The notes beneath the pieces were generated by a model. The model was not told the DNA's origin. It worked only from the letters and a program-made list of their open reading frames with translations, and searched no databases. Below, in pieces: positions 29,931-42,855 of a stretch of DNA of 64,000 nucleotides. Made by a program: the position numbers and the translations under genes. Source of the DNA: Acidobacteriaceae bacterium (lineage in GTDB: Bacteria; Acidobacteriota; Terriglobia; Terriglobales; Acidobacteriaceae); assembly GCA_965276705.1 (NCBI GenBank), contig OZ255621.1:3808110-3872109 (forward strand), given 5' to 3'. The stretch's first letter is position 1. Each line of letters starts with the position of its first letter.

Positions 29931-30932
29931 CTACCAGGGCTGCGGTGGTGACCGTCTACCCCCGTGTGTCTCGCGCCAGGCCTGCTCCATAAGATCGGCC
30001 TGCGCCGCGTAGTAGGCTGCCTCACTGCGACGTGCAGAATCGCTGCTCCGGCTCCTGCGCAAGGCGCGGAAGCGATTCCATGCAACTTCAAGGAAGCGAG
30101 CCCCCAGGCTACCCAGCCCGTGATGCTTGCGGTAATAGAGCAGCGTGCTGCGCATGCGCCAGAGCGTAAGCTGTGCGCCGGTGCGAGACATCTCGAGTGT
30201 CTTGAGCTGCCGGGAAGATTCTCCACCGATATGGATGACGACAACATCGGGCCAGTACCAGATGGTATAGCCAGCAGCCTTGATCCGGCGACAGAGATCG
30301 ACCTCCTCGTAATACAGAAAGAAACGGGGATCGAAGGGTTGCGCGGCCGCCAAGGCCTCGGCGCGGATGATGGAATAGGCACCCGGCACCCAGTCCACCC
30401 TAGCCGGCTGCATCGGATCCGCCCAGGTGCGGTCATAGCTGCCGAAGATCCGCGAGCGAGCGTAGCGATCGGCCAAGCCGCTGTAGACAAACGTATCGGT
30501 GATCAGAGTAGGGAAGCGGCGTGCCGAGGGCTGCCGGCTGCCGTCGCGGCCCACCAGCCGTCCGCCGCCGAGACCGATCCGCGGATCTGCATCCATGTGT
30601 TCGACCGAGAGCCGCAGCGAGCCGGGTGTTAGGAAGGCGTCCGAGTTCAATAGCACAAGATAGCGCCCGCGGGCCTGCTCGAAGGCGAGGTTGTTGGCTC
30701 GGCCGAATCCAAGATTCTCCGAGCTGGTCAGGACCTCGACAGCGGGAAATTCGGAGCGCAGCATCTCGACCGAGCCGTCTTTCGAGCCGTTATCGACGAC
30801 CAGCGTCTGCACCCTCAGCCCTGCGGACTCTTTGGCCAGCGCCTCCAGACTCTCGCGCAGCACCTCCCGGGTATTCAGCGAGACGATGACGACAGAGACA
30901 TCGCAGTTATGGAGATCGTTGGCTTCGGTCAT
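29931..30932 (-). CDS. Glycosyltransferase family 2
   Basis: DVSVVIVSLNTREVLRESLEALAKE...LVVDNGSKDGS, and LLNSDAF (DxD-like). 4-nt overlap with the upstream GT4 gene (30929-30932). Confidence 0.85.
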   Translation of the reverse strand: MTEANDLHNCDVSVVIVSLNTREVLRESLEALAKESAGLRVQTLVVDNGSKDGSVEMLRSEFPAVEVLTSSENLGFGRANNLAFEQARGRYLVLLNSDAFLTPGSLRLSVEHMDADPRIGLGGGRLVGRDGSRQPSARRFPTLITDTFVYSGLADRYARSRIFGSYDRTWADPMQPARVDWVPGAYSIIRAEALAAAQPFDPRFFLYYEEVDLCRRIKAAGYTIWYWPDVVVIHIGGESSRQLKTLEMSRTGAQLTLWRMRSTLLYYRKHHGLGSLGARFLEVAWNRFRALRRSRSSDSARRSEAAYYAAQADLMEQAWRETHGGRRSPPQPW

Positions 30933-32254
30933 GACGGTTTGGACGATACCATCCGGTGTCGGAAGGTGGCCGCTAGCTGCTTCAGGTTCTCGGGCAGGTG
31001 GTAGTCGCGCAGGACGTGCAGACGAGCAGCCTCTGCAAAACGACAGCGCAACGCGGGATCCGCGGCGAGCCGCAGGATGGCATACGTCAGATCCTCCGCC
31101 GAGCCGGCCGGGACCAGGATGCCATCCTGCTCATGGTCGATGAGCTCCGGGATGCCGGCAATATAGGTGCTGATGCAGGGCACGCCCAGCGCCATGGCCT
31201 CCATCAATGCCACGGGAATGCCCTCCGCGAAGCTTGCCAGCACAAAGATGTCTGCGTGCGCGACCTTATCGAGGGTCTGCTCATGGTTGAGCGCGCCAGT
31301 CATCGTCACGATTTCAGTCATGTCGTGTTGCTGGATGAAGCCTTCGAGTTCGCGGCGCTCCGGCCCATCCCCGACGAAGGTAAGGGAGACAGCAACACCG
31401 CGGTTCCTGACCTGCTCGACAGCCTGAAGCAGCAGAAGAGCTCCCTTCGCGGGGACAAGCCGTCCCACCATGATGAGGCGAACTGTCGCAGCAGTCTCCG
31501 ATGGGGACGATGGGGGGAGCAGCTCCGGCCGGATGCCGAGCCGCACCACATCGAAGCGGTCCCAGACCGCCGGCGACGCAATGCGCATGAGCTGGCTGCG
31601 GCAGTAGTGGCTGATCGCGATGACGAATGCGGCCCCTTCGATCTTCCGCTGGAGATGGAACTGCTCCTCGTCGAAGAACTCATCCGGACCGTGGATGGTT
31701 AGAGAGTAGGGAATGCGCGCAGCCTCTGCCGCGATGAGGCCGACGGTCGCGACCGCACCGCCGAAGTGGATATGCATATGCGCGATCTGCCGCCGGCGAA
31801 TGCGATGGCACAGCAGAAGGGCCTCAGCGACATAGAAGAGTGAGTAGAAGCGATGTTGCAGGGAGGACTGCTTCAGACGAAGAGCCGATTGCAGGGCGCG
31901 CCAGACCATGGCAGGTGCCGTAAATGCCACGGCCAATAGTTGTGTGAGCACCTGCATGCGCGGCATAGTCTTCAGATAGAGCGTGGTTGCCGCTTCTTCG
32001 GCCTCGACCGCCGAAAGCCGTTCCTTAGCTCGATCGGGCGCATTGATCGATGCGGTTTCGATATCGAATCCAAGTTCGCGCAGCCCGCGGACTTCCTGGA
32101 GGAAGAAGGTGTGGGAGATAGCAGGATAGCGGCTAAGAAGGTAGAGAAGGCGGCCACCATTGTGCGCCGGCGCACCGTCTTGAGTGCTCACGTTTTGTCT
32201 GACCCTCTTGCCATTGGATGCCCCTAGCTTACGGCTTTTGCCGCGGAATCGCAC
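30929..32254 (-). CDS. Glycosyltransferase family 4 (GT-B, WcaL-like)
   Basis: LYLLSRYPAISHTFFLQEVRGLRELGF N-terminal block. C-terminal GDGPERRELE...FVLASFAEGIPVALMEAMALGVPCIST (E-x7-E). The start may lie downstream of 32254. Confidence 0.8.
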   Translation of the reverse strand: MRFRGKSRKLGASNGKRVRQNVSTQDGAPAHNGGRLLYLLSRYPAISHTFFLQEVRGLRELGFDIETASINAPDRAKERLSAVEAEEAATTLYLKTMPRMQVLTQLLAVAFTAPAMVWRALQSALRLKQSSLQHRFYSLFYVAEALLLCHRIRRRQIAHMHIHFGGAVATVGLIAAEAARIPYSLTIHGPDEFFDEEQFHLQRKIEGAAFVIAISHYCRSQLMRIASPAVWDRFDVVRLGIRPELLPPSSPSETAATVRLIMVGRLVPAKGALLLLQAVEQVRNRGVAVSLTFVGDGPERRELEGFIQQHDMTEIVTMTGALNHEQTLDKVAHADIFVLASFAEGIPVALMEAMALGVPCISTYIAGIPELIDHEQDGILVPAGSAEDLTYAILRLAADPALRCRFAEAARLHVLRDYHLPENLKQLAATFRHRMVSSKPS

Positions 32255-32563
32255 TTACCGCCCCTCCCACGTTGGTGGAACGCGATGGCCCGTTCGTGCG
32301 AGTGCGTCAATTACTGGAATTTCTTAAAGTCACTTCAGCAACCCAAAGAGATTGCCTGCAGCCTGACTCGAACCTCCGGTTCGTGCACTGCATTGCCTGT
32401 CATCCGCATGGATGAGGGCGCACAGAACACTTTTCATCGATACTTGGGACTAGACTCCCGCTTTCTGCCAATTGACTTCGTTGTGTGAGTCGGATCTGCG
32501 CGTGTTTTGCGCTGCAGTGTTTGCCTTACTTACGACTTTATTTACAGAATCCGGGAGTTTCCA

Positions 32564-37639
<5,076 letters not shown>

Positions 37640-37891
37640 GAAAATGGAGTCCGACACAAACCCCCGAGGGGCGCACTTGAGCATGTTCACTGTAGGTATA
37701 TAGAGAAGATCGCGAGGCTCCGCGTGGCTTTTCCGTCAAGAAAAGCCACACTTCGCCGAACTGGGCTCTACACAGCAACAGTGACAATGCTTTGAGTCGC
37801 GCCCCTGAAAACAAAAGCAGGGTTGCTGTGAGATACCCGATATCAGCTGTGTAGGCTTTTCTTAAAGAAAAAGCCTCTCAAGAAGAGTGCT

Positions 37892-38719
37892 TTACGTTAC
37901 GTTTATTCTGCTTTCGGTCGAGGCTTGTGGGGACGCCAGGGACGGCGCCCAATCGAAGAGCGCGAGCGTGGGCTGCGGCTTGTGATGCCTCCACGCTACC
38001 GCGCCGGGCGCATCCGGCAAAACCTGCAGCGGGGCGATCTCCCATCCCTCCGGTACGCCTTGCAGGCGTTGTGCCGGTTCCCCAGCATCGAGCGGAACGG
38101 CAAAGCTGTCCAGCGCGCGAAACAGACCAGTACCTTCGGCCTTCAGCAGTGCTTCCTTGCGGGTCCAGCATCGATAAAAAGCAGTCGCGCGTTCTGCCGG
38201 TGAGAGCTTCGACAGAGCTGCGCGTTCTGCCGCCGCGAAGTTCTGCTCCGCTACATCGTCGAGGTCGTTTGTTATATGGGCGCGCTCCACGTCCACGCCG
38301 ATGTCAAACTCCAGAGCGAAGGCAAAGATAGCAAGATCGCGGGTGTGCGAAAGGTTGAAGCAGATCCGGCTGTCGGCCAGGAAGGGCTTACCGTGCGGGC
38401 CTATCGAAACCTCAATCTCTCCTGCATTTGCTACGGAGGCATAGTGCGCCAGCAACAGGCGCAGGGTGGCGCGCGTGGCAATCGATTGCCGCTGATCCTC
38501 AGGAAATAAGAATCGGCGGGAGCGTTCGATCTCCTCCGGACGCAGGTAGGGCAGATAAGCCTCGCTTGCAAGGCGAGCCTTGGGCCGAAGCCGCCATACA
38601 TGGATCGTATTGTCAGGAAGCAGTGGAAGCGCCGGAGTCGATTGCCAAAGAGTGGGTCCGGCTTGCGCCGCAGTCGTCACGTCAGAGCGTGCCTGCATGC
38701 AACAGCCGTCCATCGACAC
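37892..38719 (-). CDS. 4'-phosphopantetheinyl transferase, Sfp/EntD type
   Basis: FNLSHTRDLAIFAF, FDIGVDVERAH and WTRKEALLKAEG (PPTase motifs). Candidate starts at 38719, 38713 and 38698 all overlap the end of the upstream NRPS gene. Confidence 0.85.
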   Translation of the reverse strand: MSMDGCCMQARSDVTTAAQAGPTLWQSTPALPLLPDNTIHVWRLRPKARLASEAYLPYLRPEEIERSRRFLFPEDQRQSIATRATLRLLLAHYASVANAGEIEVSIGPHGKPFLADSRICFNLSHTRDLAIFAFALEFDIGVDVERAHITNDLDDVAEQNFAAAERAALSKLSPAERATAFYRCWTRKEALLKAEGTGLFRALDSFAVPLDAGEPAQRLQGVPEGWEIAPLQVLPDAPGAVAWRHHKPQPTLALFDWAPSLASPQASTESRINVT

Positions 38720-41700
38720 GATGGGCCAAGGGAGGCGTTGACTCCGCAGGCGCGCCGTTCAACTCCCCACTCAGCAAGCAGCGCCGCACCAGTTCGGTGG
38801 TCGCCTCCAGCTTCTCACCGAGGAACATCGTCTCGTGATCGCCGGGCGCCCACAACACATCAACACCATGCATCGCGACCTGTTCCCAGCCGCAGGCAGC
38901 GCTGGCGCCCGGCACTTCGCGCGTATCGTGAGCGCGGATCAGCGTGAGCCGGATCGGCACCGGTCGCGCGCGATACGCGTGCAGGGCGGCGAAGGTATTC
39001 AGCGTGGTGTTGTACATGAACTGCGGCAGTGGCATGTGGAAGCGGTTGGCTAGTACGTTGATCGCACTCCAGTGCCGGATGAAAAAGCGGTTCCGCTTGC
39101 TCAACAGGAAGCGCCCGGCCGCGCCGCGCATGTACTGCATGCGTTGCCCGACGGAGAGGGAACTCATCTTTTCATTGTGCCGGCGCAGCTTGCTGCGGAT
39201 GCCATTGAACTTCGGCGCGAATGAGCCGTTGGCCTTCACGCTCTCGACACCGGTCAGGTATCCGGGCAGCCAGGAGTCGAAGAGAATGACCGACGCCATG
39301 GTCTCGCCAGCCTCGATCAGGTGGCGCGCCACCTCCACGGTGAGCGGGCCGGCTGCGCACCAGCCCATAACCGAGTAGGGTCCATGCGGCTGTACAGCGC
39401 GTATCTCGCGCACATAGTTGGCCACACGCTCGGGCATGCCGAGTTCGTTGTCCGCTTCCAGCTCGCGCAGCCCATAGAAGGGTTGGGTGCGGCCAAGGGC
39501 CTGTGACAGCCCCTGGTAGAGAAGGTAGGAGTGGATCATGAAGACCGGCGGCAGATGCCCGTGGGTCTGCACCGGCACCATAGCGCGAATCTCGTCCTGC
39601 AGCCGCAGTCTCGCGGAGAGCTTCGCGACGGTGTCCGCGTCGAAGATGGTTGTAATGGGGAGCCGTGTCCCGAAGGCCTTATTCACACGTGCGAACAGGC
39701 GTACCAGCAGCAGTGAGTTGCCGCCGGCACTGAAGAACGATGCATGCGGATCGATGGTCGAGAGATTCAGTGTCTCCCTCCAGATATCGCTCAACTCCCG
39801 CGATACATCATCTGTGGCAAGAGCACTGTCCTCAGCTATCGCCAGCGCGCTTTCTGCTGCGGGTTCGGGCGCAGGGCGCAGCGCCGTTATGTCGATGGAG
39901 CCATCCAGTCGATAGGGCAGCGCATGTGCTATCTGGAGAGTCGATGGCACAAGATGCTGCGGCAACGTCGCGGCCAGGCTCTGCCGTAGCTCAAGTGCGT
40001 CCAGCTCTCCATGACCCATCACCCAGGCGGCAATCTGCGATATCCCATCTTCGCGCTGCTGCAGAATGGAGACTGCGTCGATTACGCCCGGCATGCGCAG
40101 GAGCGCTGCATCGAGATCGCTCAGCTGTATGCGATGTCCGCGCAGATGCACGACAGAGCTGATGGTGCCGAGGACGCGGAATCCGTGAGCGGTATTCCCT
40201 TGCGTCTGCACCAGGTAGCCGGTCCGTTCCCGGCTGGTTGCGTGGCGATGGACCAGGGTCAATTCACCGGTCGCGCCGGCGGGGACGTGCTGGCCTTCTG
40301 CATCCAGCACGGATGGCGCGACGTCGGGCAACACGACGAAGTCCGCACTGCGCGTGACGGCGGTGGCCAGTGCGTTGCCGTGGACAGAGAGGAGGCTCAC
40401 GGCGGAGCGAACCGCGGTCGTGTCGTTCAACCAGCCGGTGTGCTCGACGTGCCGCCCGCGCGCGATAGCTGTCAGGCGGCGATCGCCCTTCCAGCCATCG
40501 GCAACCCATCCACGCCACTGGGCCGGTTCCGCGATGACGACCGACGATTGGTGAGCATCGAGGATCGGCTGGAGTGCCACGCCGGACTGGTAGGTGGTGA
40601 GGTCGAGGGTGACTCCGCTGTGCAGCGCGAGCAGATGGTCGAAGAGGGCATCCGCAGGTGATGCAGGCGCGACGGAGAGCAGGCCGTCCTCCGGAGCAAG
40701 ATGGAGCCGCTCCGCGAGTGCGGAGACCGAGTGCATCGTGTCCGCGAAGGAGATGTCCTCTGTAGAAAAGGTAGACGTCCCGAATGAAGCCGTGCTCGGC
40801 ATTGCCCAATGTCGCGGCATGGTGCGCGAGCCGTCTGCAGCGGTAGCAGCATCGACGCCGGGCAGCGTGGCAATGCCCTCGAAGGCCAGAGACCGTGTCC
40901 GCGACGACGCAGTGTCGTGAAGGAACCGTGCCGGGGCCAGCAGAAGTGTGGAGTCAGAAGCAGCGAGCTGGAGGTCGGCCCCGCTGGTGTGCGCAGGCAG
41001 CGGAACGATGTGCGGCCCGTTCTCGCCAAGCTGAAGCAGTGCAAGCAGCGCGACTGCCGATGCGACTTCTGGTGTCAGCACGACGAGTGCGGTCGTGGCA
41101 CCGGCCAGATGGGCCTCGTGTTCCAGATAAGCAGACAGGGCTTGCGCCCGTTCGGCAAGCTGCTGCCAGGTCAACGCCTGCGAGCCTGCACGCACGGCTA
41201 TACCCGCCGGCTGTGCGAGGACATGCGCTGTAACGGTGTCGAGAAGGTTGTCCGTCGCGGTCTGCCGGGTGTCGTCGACCGACGCGATCGTCTCAACCAA
41301 TGAGGAAGGAGCAGAACCGACTTCGATCTGGGAGATGGGCTGCTCGGGATGCGCGAGCGCGCCGGTGAGCATCTGTTGGAAGGCAGCAAGCAGGCCTTCG
41401 ATACGTGCACCGGTAAACAGGTCGGTGTTGTATTCGATCTGCAGGCGCGGGCCCTCGGCGCGCTCGACGACACTCACCAACAGATCGAAGTCGACCCCAC
41501 CCGAGACCGAGCGCAGTGGTGTCAGTGTTAGGCCGGGTATTTCTTGTGGCTGCATGAACGCGCGCTGGTAGACAAACCAAACCTGCAAGAACTGCGAGCC
41601 TGCCCCCTCCTGATGCGTCTGAAAGGCCTCCATGACGCGGGAGAAGGGCATGTCCTGATGCGTGTACGCGGAGGTCTCCCACTCCCGCACGCGCAGCTCC

Positions 41701-42815
41701 AAATCGCGGAAGCTGGGATCGCCGGTGACATCGGCGACGACGATCTGCGGGTTGGCAAAGCGTCCCACAACGTCTTCCATGCCGGGCTGCGTCCGATTCG
41801 CGATGGTCGACCCGAGCAGGAACTGTCGCTGCCCGCTGAATCGCGCACACAGAGCCTCGAAGATCGTCAGCAGGACGATATGCTTTGTCGATCCGCTGGT
41901 GCGGCAATAGGCAGCGAGCTTTTGATTCACACTGGGCGGCAGTAGAGCCGAAGCGATGGTGCCGGGAAAGCTGCGTCCGGCCTGTCGCGGATAATCTGCC
42001 GGCATATCCAACGCGGGCAGCTCCCGGGGAATGTGGCTGGTCCAGAAATCGAGTGCAGTGGCAGCCCGCTCGCTGGCCAAGTACTCATTCTGCCAAACGG
42101 TAAAGTCGGCGAACTGGAAGGGCAGCTCGGGCAGGTTGCCAGCCGGCCCAGCGGCAACCTCTTTCAGAGAGCCAGCCCCGGTACGCAGCGCGTGGTAGAT
42201 ACGCGCTAAATCGCGCATCATCAGTCCGTTTGACCAGCCGTCGCAGACGATGTGGTTCATGGTCAGCGCTAGGACATATCGCTCCGGGGCCAACGCGAAG
42301 AGGCGCGCCCGCAGGACTGGACCGTGCTCCAGGTCGATGGCCAGGTGGCTGTGCTTGGACAGAGCAGCTGCGAGGGCAGTCGGTTGACTGGCGGGGCTCA
42401 CGGAGCTCAGGTCCTGCTGGGTGAACTCATAGAGCGGCCGGGTCAGGATGACCTGCGAGAGCTGCCCGTCCACCACGCGGAAGAGCGTACGCAGCGCCTC
42501 GTGCCGGATAGTCAGAGCAGCAAGCGCCTGCTCGACGATCAGCGGATCCAGTGCACCGGCAATCTCACAGGAGATCGCCATGTTCGAGGCGGTCGAGCCG
42601 GGGTCGATCTGCGCCAGGGTCCAGTAGCGGGTCTGCTCCAGGCTTGCCGGGACGACGAAGGTCTCTTCCGCCCCTTCGGCATCGGGAGTGCCGTCGGAGG
42701 GCGTTGACACTGGATGTCCTGTCTCCGGGTAGCCGTCACCCACACGTATCTCGTCGGGCGCGACAGCGTCTGCGTTCGTGTGTTCTAAAGACTCGAGATG
42801 GGGGGCGCGTGTCAT
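38682..42815 (-). CDS. NRPS termination module: C - degenerate A - T - TE (Cys nucleophile)
   Basis: 1377 aa. C motif MNHIVCDGWS, carrier motif FFSAGGNSLLLV, TE motifs VFMIHS, VMGWCAAG, ILFDSW, WAPGDHETMF. The A-domain core motifs are eroded (see findings). Confidence 0.9.
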   Translation of the reverse strand: MTRAPHLESLEHTNADAVAPDEIRVGDGYPETGHPVSTPSDGTPDAEGAEETFVVPASLEQTRYWTLAQIDPGSTASNMAISCEIAGALDPLIVEQALAALTIRHEALRTLFRVVDGQLSQVILTRPLYEFTQQDLSSVSPASQPTALAAALSKHSHLAIDLEHGPVLRARLFALAPERYVLALTMNHIVCDGWSNGLMMRDLARIYHALRTGAGSLKEVAAGPAGNLPELPFQFADFTVWQNEYLASERAATALDFWTSHIPRELPALDMPADYPRQAGRSFPGTIASALLPPSVNQKLAAYCRTSGSTKHIVLLTIFEALCARFSGQRQFLLGSTIANRTQPGMEDVVGRFANPQIVVADVTGDPSFRDLELRVREWETSAYTHQDMPFSRVMEAFQTHQEGAGSQFLQVWFVYQRAFMQPQEIPGLTLTPLRSVSGGVDFDLLVSVVERAEGPRLQIEYNTDLFTGARIEGLLAAFQQMLTGALAHPEQPISQIEVGSAPSSLVETIASVDDTRQTATDNLLDTVTAHVLAQPAGIAVRAGSQALTWQQLAERAQALSAYLEHEAHLAGATTALVVLTPEVASAVALLALLQLGENGPHIVPLPAHTSGADLQLAASDSTLLLAPARFLHDTASSRTRSLAFEGIATLPGVDAATAADGSRTMPRHWAMPSTASFGTSTFSTEDISFADTMHSVSALAERLHLAPEDGLLSVAPASPADALFDHLLALHSGVTLDLTTYQSGVALQPILDAHQSSVVIAEPAQWRGWVADGWKGDRRLTAIARGRHVEHTGWLNDTTAVRSAVSLLSVHGNALATAVTRSADFVVLPDVAPSVLDAEGQHVPAGATGELTLVHRHATSRERTGYLVQTQGNTAHGFRVLGTISSVVHLRGHRIQLSDLDAALLRMPGVIDAVSILQQREDGISQIAAWVMGHGELDALELRQSLAATLPQHLVPSTLQIAHALPYRLDGSIDITALRPAPEPAAESALAIAEDSALATDDVSRELSDIWRETLNLSTIDPHASFFSAGGNSLLLVRLFARVNKAFGTRLPITTIFDADTVAKLSARLRLQDEIRAMVPVQTHGHLPPVFMIHSYLLYQGLSQALGRTQPFYGLRELEADNELGMPERVANYVREIRAVQPHGPYSVMGWCAAGPLTVEVARHLIEAGETMASVILFDSWLPGYLTGVESVKANGSFAPKFNGIRSKLRRHNEKMSSLSVGQRMQYMRGAAGRFLLSKRNRFFIRHWSAINVLANRFHMPLPQFMYNTTLNTFAALHAYRARPVPIRLTLIRAHDTREVPGASAACGWEQVAMHGVDVLWAPGDHETMFLGEKLEATTELVRRCLLSGELNGAPAESTPPLAHRVDGRLLHAGTL
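38796..39563 (-). other. Type I thioesterase domain with Cys in the nucleophile elbow (approximate borders)
   Basis: GWCAAG, with the Cys codon at 39357-39359 (aa 1153). Asp in ILFDSW and His in GDHETM. Confidence 0.8.
39600..39818 (-). other. Peptidyl carrier (T) domain (approximate borders)
   Basis: GGNSL with the Ser codon at 39714-39716 (aa 1034). Confidence 0.85.
39861..41288 (-). other. Degenerate adenylation-like domain (approximate borders)
   Basis: ANL-fold-length region between C and T. A3 reads PSTASFGTSTFS instead of TSGSTGxPKG. A8 reads GTISSVVHLRGHRIQLSDLD. A10 reads LDGSID instead of NGKxD. Confidence 0.7.
41346..42653 (-). other. Condensation (C) domain of the termination module (approximate borders)
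   Basis: NHIVCDGWS, with the catalytic His codon at 42252-42254 (aa 188). The first His of HHxxxDG is Asn. Confidence 0.75.
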
Positions 42816-42855
42816 CCTCGGGCATTTACTTTCAGTCGTCTGCAGCGCCCTAGCC

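Noticed and set aside
37724-37876. Two hairpins between the convergent surface-protein and PPTase genes: GTGGCTTTT-n8-AAAAGCCAC at 37724-37749 and AGGCTTTT-n8-AAAAGCCT at 37853-37876.
   Set aside because: The stems are real, but neither is followed by a T-run on either strand. I cannot support calling them terminators without transcript data.
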